Part shown: positions 13,250 to 26,230 of the stretch, in pieces
Numbering within the stretch: the stretch's first letter is position 1
Layout of the letters: every line of letters starts with the position of its first letter
Assembly (NCBI RefSeq): GCF_963921235.1
Contig: NC_086106.1
Location: 25,978,001-26,042,000 of the forward strand
DNA from: Mobula hypostoma
Lineage: Eukaryota
Reading direction: 5' to 3'
Length of the DNA: 64,000 bases
Made by a program: the position numbers and the translations under genes
The notes under the pieces: generated by a model
What the model was told of the DNA's origin: nothing
Database searches by the model: none
The model's input: the letters and a program-made list of their open reading frames with translations, nothing else

Positions 13250-14770
13250 TTAAAGGTGTGATCAACAGGGCATTTAGTAACACCCAAGGTGCAGGATACA
13301 GGAAACAGGGTGACAGTCAGGAGGATGAAGTAGGTTAGACAACCAGTGCACAGTAGTTCTATAGTAATCCACGTTGGATACTGTTCGACGTTATGAACGA
13401 GCAAAAGAAACAGCAGTTCGGTTTCTGGCAATCAGTCCGGATCTGTGGCTCAGTTCGGAGTGGGAGAGGAGAAGCGAGCTTTAGTTAAAGGGGATTCCAT
13501 TGTTAGCAGTAAAGAAAGGAAGTTCTGCAAACGATAACGGAATTCCGGGAGGGTATGTTGCCTCCCTGGCGCCACGGTCAGGGAAATATCAGATTGAGTC
13601 CTGAGGTTTCTTAGGTGGGAGGGTAAGCAGTACCAAGCCGTGGTCTACGTCAGTATTAGTGACAAAGGTGGAAAGAGGGATGAGGTAATTCAAAGTGAGT
13701 TCAGGGAGTTAGGTACTAAGTTAAACGACAGTACCTCCGTGTTGTGATCTCAGGATTGCTACTCATACCACGTGTGAGTGAGACCAGAAATGGGATGATC
13801 TTAACAGAATAACATGTGGCGACATGTTAATGGAGGAGGGACGGCTTCCGATGTTTGGATCATTGGACTTTCTTCTAGGGAATGTGAGAACTGCACGGAA
13901 GTGACGTTTTCCACCTACTCGCTGGGGATTTACGGCAGTGCCCAGCCAGGTTAGACTGGGAAACTCGACTACTGAGGCTTTATGTATGGACCTGAGAAAT
14001 ACGAAATTTATCACCCCGTTCATAGGGCTATATTATAGATCAGCTAACAGTCCGCGGGACTTAGGGGGACAAATTTGTAGAGAGATCGTAGACTGGTGCA
14101 AGAAATATAAGCTTGTGTTAGTAGATTTACTAGGACAACCAAACTGTAAAGGGAGTAGAAGGGATGCAGTTTGTCAGATCTGCTGAGGAGCATTTCCTTA
14201 ATCAGTACATAGAAGTTTCAACGAGATACTGTGATTGAATCTGCAGGATTCCTAAATGCGAAGTTGACGAGGAACTGAGACAGGGCAGGTGACAGAAGTT
14301 TTTGAGGGAGAGTATTTTCCATCAGGTGATCATAATTCACATCAGAATCAAAGGCAAAGATGATAGGTTCAGGAAATCTTGGCTTTCGACAGATATTGAC
14401 GCCCTGGTTCAGAAGAAACGGTGGTGCAGAGCAGGTAGGAACAAGTGAGGTACTTGAGGCGTATCCAAAATGCATAAGAATGCTAAAGAAAGAAATTGGG
14501 ATGTTTAAAAGATAGCATAACGTTGCACTTTCAGACAAGGAGAGAAAGAATCGTATAGGCTCCCACATATATGAACAGAACCAAAGGATGGTAAGGTACA
14601 AAAATGGTCCTCTGAGAATGAAAAACTGCAGTAACTGCGTGGAACTAAAAGGGGTGGAGGAGATCATACATGGATCTTTTGTTTCTGTGTTTACTCAGGA
14701 GGCGGAAACCGCCTATAGAAGTAAGGCAAGGCAAAGTAGCAGCAAGGGAAATGGACACTATACAGATTAC
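13250..14770 (+). mobile_element. Decayed CR1 (ORF1 esterase-like domain plus ORF2 pieces)
   Basis: VKGDSIV...VCCLPGATV (SGNH-like ORF1); IGLYYRSANS...QICREI (endonuclease). Confidence 0.7.
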
Positions 14771-15422
14771 AGAGGCGGAGTTTATTGCTTTCAACGCATA
14801 CAAAATGCTGGAGGAACTCAGAAGGCCAGGCAGCATCTTTGGAAAAGAGTAAACAATCGGTGTTTCAGGCCGAGACCCTTCATCAGGACTGGAGGAGAAA
14901 ATGACGAGAATCCAGAGTAAGAAGGTTGCCGGAGGGAAGAAAGAAGTACAAAGTAGTAAGTGAAACCGACAGAGGTGGGAGGGGTGAAATAAAGATTTTG
15001 GAAGTCGATTGGTGAAATAGATAAAGCGCTGGAAAGGAGCTTCTCCAACCCCTTATCTCTTTCTCCACCTTTAAGAAAGACTCGAAAAATAAACCGGGAT
15101 TTTACATGCAAGTGAGACTGACATCAGTCGTGCGCCAGTAATTAGAAGATAGTCTAAGAGACAGAATATGTGAGTGTTTTGATAGACGGGGATTGATTTG
15201 GAATAGTCAGTATCTCTCTGTAAGCGATAGGTCGTTTCTAACCAATCAGAAAGCTCTTGGAGAACGTTACGGGGAAAGTTGATGGAGGCAAGGCAGTGAA
15301 TGTTTTCTACGTGGGTTACAGCGAGGAATTTGACAAGCTCCGGAGAAAACACAAACCCAGTTGGCACACGGATATTAAACCTGCCAATCATACAAGATAC
15401 AAATATAATTTACAAAAAAAAA

Positions 15423-15517
15423 GTTCGTGGCCCAAGGTAGAAGGAGATGGGTTATTAACTTCAAATGCATGTAACGACAGCTGTATAACTCATCTCCTTC
15501 TACCTTAGGCCACGAAC
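15423..15517. repeat. Short inverted-repeat element (33-bp arms, 31/33 match)
   Basis: gttcgtggcccaaggtagaaggagatgggttat ... ataactcatctccttctaccttaggccacgaac. Confidence 0.85.
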
Positions 15518-16540
15518 GTATCAATCACCCGCTGTGGAGACTCTCTGGAGGTCCAAGATCAGTATGATCCACGACTGTGGGTAAATGTAGGAGGGAACTA
15601 TGTTAATAGATAAATGTGCTAGTTTTTAAAAAATTGACTTATTCTACATAAGGCCGCGAACTTATCAATCACCTGTCGGAAGATAGTCCGAATTTTCTCT
15701 CTCTTTGTGCGAACACAGGGGAGGAGAAGATGGCGGCGTGACGGAGCGCGCGCGGCCGCTCCGAAATAATATCGTATTTGTTAAGTAGAAGCCGTGCACA
15801 ATCCTGATTTGATGGAAACAGACGTGAGAAGTACGGAGGAACATCTGGAGAAACTTCTCCAATGCCTGGTTCGCTGCCGCTGCTACTGTGCGATAGTGAA
15901 TCTCCGGAGCGGAAGGCCCCAGATCCTCGGCTTTGCATATTGCCTGTTGCCGGGGCCGGGGTCGAAGCGCTCGACAGAGATGATGCTTGGTGCTCGGTGT
16001 CGGAGGGCTGATCGGGGGCTCGAAGTATTCGGACGGACTCAAGAGTCGGCTGTGGTCGGGTGCTTCCAGGGTGCTGCATCGGCAAGTTTGCGGCGCTGGA
16101 GGTTCATGGCAGGGGGATTTTTTTTTCTTCCTTCTACCGTCTGCGTGAGATGTGGGACTTTTGAGAGATTTTGAGACTCTTTTTTACCGTGCTTATGGTC
16201 TGTTCTTTGTCAAATTACGTCATTACTTTGCACTGTTGTAACTATATGTTATAATTATGTGATTTTTGTCAGTTTTCCTGTCGGGTTGTCTTGTGTTTCT
16301 GTGATATCATTCTGGAGGAACATTGTATCATTTCTTAATGCATGCATTACTAAGTGACAGCAAAAGAGGACTGCTAGTCCTCATAATCTAATCTAATCAA
16401 CAGGACTTCAATTATAGTCTTTAATATGCAATTAGTGCATGCTCAGTTGTGAGTGACCAAGGGAAGGGGTGTAACAATTCTCCCCAGGCGAGAGCCCGAA
16501 GCAGCTTCTTCGGTGCAATATTTTTGTCTGTAATCTCCGA

Positions 16541-16992
16541 CGCGCTGGAACAGAAATCCATTGCCGATTCGTGAGTAAGAAGTCGAGAGATATCTGATTG
16601 CAGCGTTTGCGTTCTTTTACCCAGAGCGGTGGAGAACATACCAGGCCATCTCGGAGACGGAACTTCTTCTCTTAAAGAGCTTCAAAGAACGATGAAAAAT
16701 ATCCTTCTGCCCAGCACGTCGATTCCGACCCAATTGCTTAAATTAATCCCATTTGTGCACGCTTGGCCCATATTATTCCGTTCTTCCGCATGTAACGATC
16801 TGAATACCTTTAAATGTCTTCACACGTTGCTATTATACTCATCGCTACTTAATTCACTGGGTCCACTGGGATGTTTACGGATTCCTCTCAGTCGTATATT
16901 CTTAGAAAATATTTCAGGCCATCTCCAGGGTGCTAAATGCACCAAACATATGTTGCAGCAGCTATTAAAGTCCGGAGGACCCTGAGGCACCA
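16541..16992 (-). pseudogene. Divergent TCR V relic with an insertion of about 200 bp in the CDR2 region
   Basis: YVWCI*HPGDGLKYFLRIYD resembles YVFWYIQHRGESVKYLLKSY. FSTALGKRTQTLQSDISRLLTHESAMDFC is 29 aa, in exact register with FTAS...DSAVYFC. Nonamer-like ACAAAAATA follows. Confidence 0.7.
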
Positions 16993-17479
16993 AATTCTAC
17001 CATCACCCTACAACCACACCCCACCCCAACTCATTCTCGCAATCCTGCACCGTGTAAGTCACTACTACTCAAAGGTGCAGATTAGTCTTCCGCAGAGTGC
17101 AACTGTGGAAAGCATCTAGCCCGGATAGCAGGGCTATTTGTTGGGAATCTGTACTTAGATGCTGTTCGGATTAACTGGGGGAGATAGTTGCAGACAGCTG
17201 TATCTCTCCCTGATTCAGTCTAGAGATGCCATCAGCTTTAAGAAGGCATCTATCAGCTCACTGCCAACAAAACCAAGGCAACCTGCCTTAACAATTCACA
17301 CAAAAAAAGCTGAAGGAAATCAGCTAGTTTGCCAGAATCTTTGAAGAGAAATTAACAGTCGTAATTAATTCTCAGTATTCCAGAATCTGCAGGATCTGCT
17401 ATGTCTCATGTACCTTAATGACTTCCACCAAGTGTCCTTGACATCAGCCGTAAGGTCAGATCAGATTAATGTACCTAAA

Positions 17480-19260
17480 CAAACATAGAAACATAGAAAA
17501 TAGGTTCAGGAGTAGGCCATTCGGCCCTTCGAGTCTGCACCGCCATTTATTATAATCATGGCTGATCATCCAACTCAGAACCCCGCCCCAGCCTTCTCTC
17601 CATACCCCCTGACCTCCGTAGCCACAAGGGCCATATCTAACTCCCTCTTAAATATAGCCAATGAACTGGCCTCAACTGTTTCCTGTGGCAGAGAATTCCA
17701 CAGATTCACCACTCTTTGTGTGAAGAAGTTTTTCCTAATCTCGGTCCTAAAAGGCTTCCCCTCTATCCTCAAACTGTGGCCCCTCGTTCTGGACTTCCCC
17801 AACATCGGGAACAATCTTCCTGCATCTAGCCTGTCCAATCTCTTTAGGATCTTATATGTTTCAATCAGATCCCCCCTCAATCTTCTAAATTCCAACAAGT
17901 ACAAGCCCAGTTCATCCAATCTTTCTCCATATGAAAGTCCTGCCATCCCAGGAATCAATCTGGTAAACCTTCTTTGTACTCCCTCTATAGCAAAGATGTC
18001 TTTCCTCAGATTAGGGGACCAAAACTGCACACAATACTCCAGGTGTGGTCTCACCAAGGCCTTGTACAACTGCAGTAGTACCTCCCTGCTCCTGTACTCG
18101 AATCCTGTCGCTATAAATGCCAGCATACCATTCGCCTTTTTCACCACCTGCTGTACCTGCATGCCCACTTTCAATGACTGGTGTATAATGACACCCAGGT
18201 CTCGTTGCACCTCCCCTTTTCCTAATCGGTCACCATTCAGATAATAATCTGCTTTCCTATTTTTGCCACCTAAGTGGATAACTTCACATTTATCCACATT
18301 AAATTGCATCTGCCATGAATTTGCCCACTCACCCAACCTATCCAAGTCATCCTGCATCCTCTTAGCATCCTCCTCACTGCTAACACTGCCACCCAGCTTC
18401 GTGTCATCCGCAAACTTGGAGATGCTGCATTTAATTCACTCATCCAAGTCATTATTATATATTGTAAACCACTGGGGTCCCAGCACTGAGACTTGCGGTA
18501 CCCCACTAGTCACCGCCTGCCATTCTGAAAAGGTCCCGTTTATTCCCACTCTTTGCTTCCTGTCTGCTAACCAATTCTCCACCCACACCAATACCTTACC
18601 CCCAATACCGTGTGCTTTAAGTTTGCACACTAATCTCCTGTGTGGGACCTTGTCAAAAGCCTTTTGAAAATCCAAATATACCACATCCACTGGTTCTCCC
18701 CTATCCACTCTACTAGTTACATCCTCAAAAAATTCTATGAGATTCGTCAGACATGATTTTCCTTTCACAAATCCATGCTGACTTTGTCCGATCATTTCAC
18801 CGCTTTCCAAATGTGCTGTTATCACATCCTTGATAACTGACTCCAGCAGTTTCCCCACCACCGACGTTAGGCTAACCAGTCTATAATTCCCCGGTTTCTC
18901 TCTCCCTCCTTTTTTTAAAAAGTGGAGTTACATTAGCCACCCTCCAATCCTCAGCAAACTGGTCCAGAATCTAACGAGTTTTGAAAAATTATCACTAATG
19001 CATCCACTATTTCTTCGGCTACTTCCTTAAGCACTCTAGGATGCAGACCATCTGGTCCTGGGGATTTATCTGCCTTTACCTAACACCACTTCCCTACTAA
19101 CATGTATTTCGCTCAGTTCCTCCATCCCACTGGACCCTCTGTCCCCTACTATTTCTGGAAGATTATTTATGTCCTCCTTAGTGAAGACAGAACCAAAGTA
19201 ATTATTCAATTGGTCTGCCATGTCCTTGCTCCCCATGATCAATTTATCTCATGTGTCCGG
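17480..19260 (-). mobile_element. Young CR1 LINE 3' part (RT), about 1.3 kb open except for one in-frame stop
   Basis: ORFs 18436-18861 and 17575-18357 are in the same frame. YLDFQKAFDKVPH, KFADDTKL, FTQRVVNLWNSLP. Repeated (tttctatg) tail. Confidence 0.95.
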
Positions 19261-19981
19261 AAACATCTGGTGACAAGCGTTGTTTGAGTCAATAACCAAT
19301 GCAACATAAAGATGTTTTGGGTGGAGCATGTAACTGCTGCCTCTCATTACATTGCTAGTATAGCTTGGCCACAATGTTCAGCACCAAATCACAAGCAACA
19401 GCAACAGCAACAAAACAACATCAGTGAAACAAGCCCTTTTCCTCCCTCCCACTCACTCACACACACAGAGCATTCCAACCGCAACACAGGACAGTTCCAG
19501 AGATTAGCCTTCGCAAGCTCGCAAACATCACGCCTCCGACTGACATACTGGACTTGGACTCTTGCAGACCCAGGATATCAACCATCGGTCTTCAACTTCC
19601 AGACAAGCCGCCATCTTTGGTATTGAGCTCTACCACACCGATGACGGGACCCCTAACACAAGTCTTCCAAATATGGACCGAACAACATCAACGGTCGCCG
19701 AACTTCGTGACTGAGAGATCTTGGGAGTCGGGATCCACAGGACACTCAAACCTGTACCGCAGATTGACAGTGTTGTTAAGAAGGCGTATGGTGCGTTGGC
19801 ATCCATCAACTGTGGAGTTGAGTTCAAGATCCGTGAGGAAATTCTAGAGCTACATAAGACCGTGGTGCGACCGCCCTTGGAGTACTGTGTTCAGTTCTGG
19901 TCACCTGCCTTTTTTCTCTCTGTATTAGTCTCGGCACCTACCTTCCAAACATCATTAGGCCATTGCAATGACACAACTATG

Positions 19982-20202
19982 TGCTCAAAGGTGCTGGACT
20001 ACGAATCCACCTCACTAGCGCGAAAGATTGGCAATAATTTCATGTGCTTAACCGCATCGAACCCGGTCTGTGGGGTCACTGGGTCAGAACTCACAGCGGA
20101 CGAGGAGGCAGGAGTTGACCCTGCACCAGATCTGCAGCAATTCTCACTGTTTCAAACTCCAGCAGCCGCGATATCATCTCCCTCTAAGCTTCCAGCTCCA
20201 AT
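19982..20202 (-). pseudogene. Heavily decayed V relic, family B-like
   Basis: Acceptor ttcgcag (20203-20204). LEGDDI..C(12 aa)WCR, then DRV, then IFRASEVDS. Ends GAG CA plus heptamer-like CATAGTT (19975-19981), against GAG CC CACAGTG in the intact gene. Confidence 0.5.
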
Positions 20203-20625
20203 CTGCGAATATTTCTCTCAGTCTACCTCTATCTATCTACCTCACCCAGTCTTATGTTTCCCTGGTGGATTGCATCATAAGTTCAGTGATTGCATCTGAT
20301 TCCACCAAATCGCGGAGGTTCCACTCTGTATGTAAAAAAAAACTTATCACTAAACACTCTATATTAAAAAATCTATTTCTTCTCCTCTTAATTCTATGTC
20401 TTCAGATCTTAACCTTGTATACTTGCATATGTGTTATGGCCCACGAATGAAATAACAAGAAGAGATGAAAGTTGAAATATAAAGAAAGTTGAATTATTAT
20501 CCTTTTAACGGAAAGCGATTCCACACGGGTACGACAGCCCAGTGCATACAGCAGTATCCGAGCAGGAATTCCGAGAAAGTTTTTCAATTGGTCGGTAAGG
20601 GTTTACGCGGTTTTCTATTTGTCAG

Positions 20626-20708
20626 ACCAGGATGGCCGAGTGGTTAAGGCGTTGGACTTAAGATCCAATGAACGAATGTTCACGTGGGTTCGAACTCCAC
20701 TCCTGGTA
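20626..20708 (+). tRNA. trnL-TAA: tRNA-Leu (UAA), copy 2 (C61T in T stem/B box)
   Basis: Same cloverleaf as copy 1. T arm reads GTGGG TTCGAAC TCCAC. TTTT at 20721-20724. Confidence 0.92.
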
Positions 20709-22069
20709 ATTCGTTATCAGTTTTACAACGATCTCTTTTCAGAGTAAACATATTTCGTCGCATATATTTTCCACACCACGCAGTTGCGAGGCAATTCGGG
20801 ACGGAGCCATCCCATTTCCGACGCGTTCGAACACCAGCTACCCACGTGATCTGATATGAACGAAAATAAGACGGAAGACCTCAAAGTGTCGCGATCCCTA
20901 AATCCGACTGTAAACCCCACAGTTTTCCGTTACCCCAAACACAACAGATTCTGCAAATGCTGGAAAAAAAATAGTTTGTTTCTTCTAAATAAAGTTTTGA
21001 GGGCTGCTCATTCCAAGGGAGAGCTGCTGAAGTAATGATTCATGTCTCGTTCTGACTGCTTGGCAAGGAGAAAGGGAAGATCCGATAACTGGCTCTCCGT
21101 GTTGCTGCGAAGAGAAAGCATTCCCTCCAAGTTTTGCGCCCAGAATAAGTTAACTGGCTATTGTAAATTGCCCGGATTGTGAGAGTTAAAGGGGGCTTTT
21201 AAGGGAGAAGAGTTTCAGCATTCAAGGGGACCAAGGAGATTAAAGGCTACCGAACGGCTCAGCGGTTAGCAACACTGCGCCAGAGCGCTGGTCACCCTGG
21301 TTCAATCATAAATTCAGCTGTCGGAAACTGGGCTGATCTGCCGGAGGAGACGGTGGGAATAGAAGTGGAGACAGCCTTCAAGAGGATTATACACATGTGG
21401 AATTAATCCAATCATCGGGAGTCGTTGAAGGTACACTCAAGCAGGCAAGTGGTCAGTGACCCATCACACAGAGAGACAAGGTGGTCAGCCTTGGAGCAGT
21501 GGGCCGAAGGGGCTGTTTCCTTGACGTACAACACGTTGTGACTCCCCTCTTATTCTGTTCACCTCCTGGTATTCCTCCAGATGCAGAATCCTCATCCCAC
21601 AAGGAACTCAGAGGCCAAGACTTCGTGGGCGAGGACTTCAAAATTAAACAATCTCTGAGTAAAGGTAAAAAAATGCTAGAGGAACTCAGCAGGTCAGACA
21701 GCAGCTGTGAAGGAAAATAAACGCTCGACGTTTCAGGCTGAGACCCTTCAGTACTGGAAAGGATGTGAATAAAGGTTAGATGCTGGCAGGTGCTAGGTTA
21801 GATCAGGTGAGGGGGAAGGTGAGTGATGGGGTATGGGGTCTGAGAGCCAAGGAGGTGATTGGTGGAAGAAGGGCTGAATAAGAAGGAATGTAATCCGAGG
21901 AATTTGTGGGCAACAGAATTAAAGAAAGGAGTTTGGAATCCAATGGGACGTAATGGGCAGATCAAAAGCTCAGGAAACGAAATTGTTGGAAATAGATGAC
22001 AAAGCGGCGACAGTCAAGAATTATATCAGAACTAGCTAAAGGCTTTGTGCTATAACTAAAATGTTCCAA

Positions 22070-23710
22070 ATACACCGATTACTGACTGTGTTTTCTGAAT
22101 ACTTTTGCGTGTATCATGTGTATTTTGAGTTGCTGACGATGAAAATCATCATGAAATTTGCCTATAATGCAACATTTTTAAATGCATAATTTCAATTCAC
22201 AATTCAAAATCAATTAAAAATTTTGCACACAATGTTAACTGATGGTTTTCTAACCTTGTCCAGGCATGCCTGGGTATGCTCAGGCAAGGCAGGGGCTGCA
22301 AGGTAGGACAGGTTTTAGAAAGGCTATAAGGCATCACACTTACACTACGCTATACTTCGTATTTGCATGTATATCAGTTTCTGATCATGTTGATGGTCAT
22401 GTTCTACGCGCATAGCATATTGTGCGAACTCATTATAATAAAGTAATTGTATTTTTAGGCGTATTTCTAATAGCAAATTGTCTCACCAGGTTGCGACAGC
22501 CGCAATACTTTCTGATATATTGTCAAATACGGAGTATGGCTCCAAAAAAGTCTGACGCAATTCTTTAGTCAGGTTGATAACCTGTGTTTCTGCATTGTCA
22601 TTCGTGGGTTTTTGAAGAATTTGGGTTGCCAGCGTTACTCACGCAATGTTATCATTGTATTGATTATTCATTGTGAAGCTGAAAGCTGCGCTGCTGCACA
22701 CAATGGCAATGTCCACCCTTCAATATCAATCGGCTATGCAGCACATGTGAAAGAACACTCCCAAAATTTGGAAGGCCTTTTGAGACACGTACAGTACAGC
22801 AACTACAACTGGAACATCCGTGGTGATCGAAAAGCAGTGTCGCTGCTACCAGGAATGCAACTCGTGTAGACTAAGTGCTATCTCTTTCATTTACAACTGG
22901 GACAGCAGTGCCAAAGAATCTCATTGTATTTAAAAGGATTTGCTACTCCGGAAGCAATTGGTTCCAGGAAACGAAAGTGTACCATGTAAGCCACATGTAG
23001 ATCCAACAAACAATGTTTTTGCCTTGTCTTCATATAGAACCAGGGCTTAGGAAATTTTTTGCAAAAGCAATGAACAACGAAGGTGAAGAATTTCAATATT
23101 TGAGACAAATGTTTCCCTGAATAACCAAGGCCAAGATTAAGGAAGGCTTTTATGTTGGTCTATTAATCAAATAGGTCATCAATGACAGGCAATTCAAAGA
23201 CATTCTACTGGGACCGGAGAAAATTGCATGGAAGCAATCAAGGATGTTGTTGATTTTTCTCTTGACAACTATAGACCACCAATGCATTTGCAGATATTTC
23301 ACACCATGCTTCAAGAATACAAAACCAAGATTCGTTTTCTGAATTCCCATTTAAACTTCCTTGCTCAAAATCTTAGCACTGGCAGTGACGAGCTTGGTGA
23401 AAAATTTCACCAGGACATTGTAGTCATGGAGAAACGGCAGCAGTGTAACTGAAATCCATCACTACTGGCTGATTACTGCTGGACGCTGAGGCGAGAAGCC
23501 TTAGTCACTGAGTACAAACGAATATAATGAACAAAGCTGAATTGAACTATTGAACCATTACAAATAAAATGCATCATATTCAATAAAATTAAATTTCTTC
23601 TATCTCCAGTAGCCAGAAATTATAGTTGTGTTCATATTCAAGTTGTCTATCATAACAACAAAATAATCTGTGGAATCAAGAATTTCAAAAAGATGCTGTC
23701 TGCAGATAGT
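22070..23710 (+). mobile_element. Decayed DNA transposon, Chapaev3-like (CMC-related) transposase
   Basis: HNGNVHPSISIGYAAHVKE, YNWNIRGDRKAV, LHIELGL, ITKAKIKEG, KIRFLNSHLNF...SDELGEKFHQDIVVMEKR...LADYCW. Multiple stops and frameshifts. The family name is recalled from motifs, not from a database search. Confidence 0.65.
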
Positions 23711-25049
23711 GCAAATTTCGCATGCTGAATGCATGAATAAACAGGGAAAAATATCCCATTGCAGTATTCGATGGAGGGCGTGGTAAGTCATTCCCAAGGC
23801 AGTGGACAATACTTATTTTTCAACTAATACATGCTTACTATGGTTCTTTGCGGGAATGGGTCCCGCTCTTGGGGTTCCACAATCGGCCGCTATACGGCAT
23901 GCCGAAGTCTTCCTAAGATTTCGCACGGACTCAGACGCCAGGGATCTCGCGGAACTGGAGACGGGCTGATCAAGGGTCCGTGTCGCCACAGGAGACCCGT
24001 GTGTCCTTGAGGGAGTCGGAACATCTTCTGTATGCCTGGGGACCAGGGATTTTTACGATCCTCCGGCACAGAGCTCGAGGAAAGAGACGTTACGGACTTT
24101 TAACATCGTAAACCAGCGCGTTGTTTATTCTGTCTGCTCGCTCGTTGAAAAATGGAGTCACCTCTTTCTCCCTTATTAGGAGAGAGAGAGCCTTGCAGCA
24201 TGTAGAAGAATCGGGTGAACAATGTTGTCTTTAGGGTAACTGCAAGTCTGTGTGTTTGCTATTGCTTTACTCACGCATGAGTGCTGGTAGCGGGTGCGCT
24301 TTATTTTTGACGGTGTGGGGGAGGGGATATTGCTCGCTGCCGCTAACGCGCGTGAGGGAGGGGAGTTGGGAGGGGGTTACTTTGGGGTTCTAGCATTTAA
24401 CTTGTCGTTCATTTTTTGGGACACTCCTCTGTTTTTCCTGGATTGTTGCGAAGAAAAAGCATTTCAGGATGTATATTGTATACATTTCTCTGACATTAAC
24501 TTGTACCTTTGAACCTTAACTTGTACCTTTGAACCTTAATAGAAAAGCTGATTGGACAATATTCCTTGTTCTAATTGTGTTCTTTCTTTATTAATTTTTT
24601 CACTTATATTTTTCCTGTGAATTGTGCTTTTCTAATGTTATGCGGCCGTGATATTGCTGATAAACTTATATTGCAACTGGGCATATGAAAATAAACTGAA
24701 CTTTGACTCTGACCTTGATCTTAATTCCTTTAATATCCAGCCATCTGCCAACCTTAACATGATAAGACAATAAGACAAAGGAGTAGAATTCGGCCTTTCG
24801 GACAATCAACTCTGTTCTGCCTATCCATTATGGATGATTTATTATCCCTCCCAACCTCCTTCCCCTGCCTTGTCGCCGTAACCTTTCAAGCCCATAAAAA
24901 AAAGCTAACTCCGCTTTAAAAATATCCAAAGAATTGGCTTTCACAGCAGCTTGAGACTATAAATTCCATAGCTTTTCAACCCTCCGGCTAAATAAGTTCC
25001 TCCTTAAAGATAATTGCACTCTGGAGCACTTGAGCGTCCAAAACCTCGA

Positions 25050-26230
25050 GCCGGCGTAGTTGGTAACAGGACACCTTCCCCTCCGGTTGACTCCTGACAG
25101 TCCGGGTTGCTCGGAGAGGCGGTGATGGCAATCGCGGATGAGTCGGATCCAGGATGTCTCTTTCCAGCAACAAACACCTTTCTTCCGGTCCGATTCCTTT
25201 CCAGTTCACTCCGTATTGTCGAAAACCTCGAAAGGCGGGCGAGTTATAAAGTATTTTCACCATGAAACCAGTTCCCCCTCAATAGATGTGGGCCGAAGTT
25301 GGTGGGACTAAGGGGCCGGTGCAGACAAGTTTTAATTCAGAGATGTGGAAGGTGAGGTCTTGGTGAGCCGCAAGGCGTAAGCCACCGGGTTTACTTTCCT
25401 TGGGTTCTTAAAAGGACCAATAAACTTGGGCGCCAATTTTCTACCCTCCACTCGCAGAGGCAAATCATGAATGGACAGACAGACCCGTTGCCTAGTCCCA
25501 GACTTCTGGTTCCATTTGCCTTGTTCTTCGCTCTCCGAGTAGAGAAAAATCTATTTTGCCGTCATCCATTTCTCCTTGCAGCGTTGTCCAGATCTTGTGC
25601 CGCAGGGACTTCAACCTCGACTTCTTGCTTCAGAAAGAGAGGCGGAGAATAACCAAACTGACACTCGAACGGAGACGTCCCATGCGCCGAGTAGTGTAAG
25701 ATGTTTCGTGTTAACTCTGCCCGCGTTAAATAGTCACACCACCCTTCATATCTTTTCGAGGCCAAGCATCTCAGGATACATTCAAGATCTTTGTTGGTCT
25801 ACTCCGTCTGGCCATTGGACTGCCGATGAGCCCAAACAAAAGGCTTGTTGTTGCCCCTATCAGCTTACAGAAAGCCTTCCAGAAATGTGATAAGAATTGT
25901 GGAACATGATCAGAAACAATGTTCACCCCGGGAATCAGTGGATCAGGAAGACCTGGTCCAGAACAATCTCGGCCGTCTCCGCCACGGAAGATAGCTTCTC
26001 CAAGGAAATCAAATTGCAGGCTTTCAAAGACCGTTCGACAATGAAGATCATATCCTACTTCTTCTTGGATGTTAAGTGCCTTTAGAAAAACCCATGGATA
26101 TGTATGCCCAAGGTCCTGCGGAACGTGAGTGTGGGCTGGAGTAGCCCTTGGGATCGGGTAAAGGGATCGATGATCCGGGCGTACACTTTCCATGCCTGCC
26201 GATAAATTTGAGCGTCCTGGAAATCCCTGC
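25050..26230 (-). mobile_element. Ty3/Gypsy chromovirus pol fragment (integrase plus chromodomain), polypurine tract and start of the 3' LTR
   Basis: IVSDHVPQFLSHFWKAFC; GTSPFECQFGYSPPLF; chromodomain QYGVNWKGIGPEER..ERDILDP; PPT ggaggggaagg before TGTTAC at about 25067. Confidence 0.85.

Noticed and set aside
21250-21310. Additional tRNA gene
   Set aside because: Only degenerate A/B-box-like SINE head sequence, with no cloverleaf.
22070-23710. RAG-like (ProtoRAG/Transib) transposon
   Set aside because: No RAG2-like ORF, no heptamer/nonamer-like termini, and the motifs match the Chapaev3-type family better.
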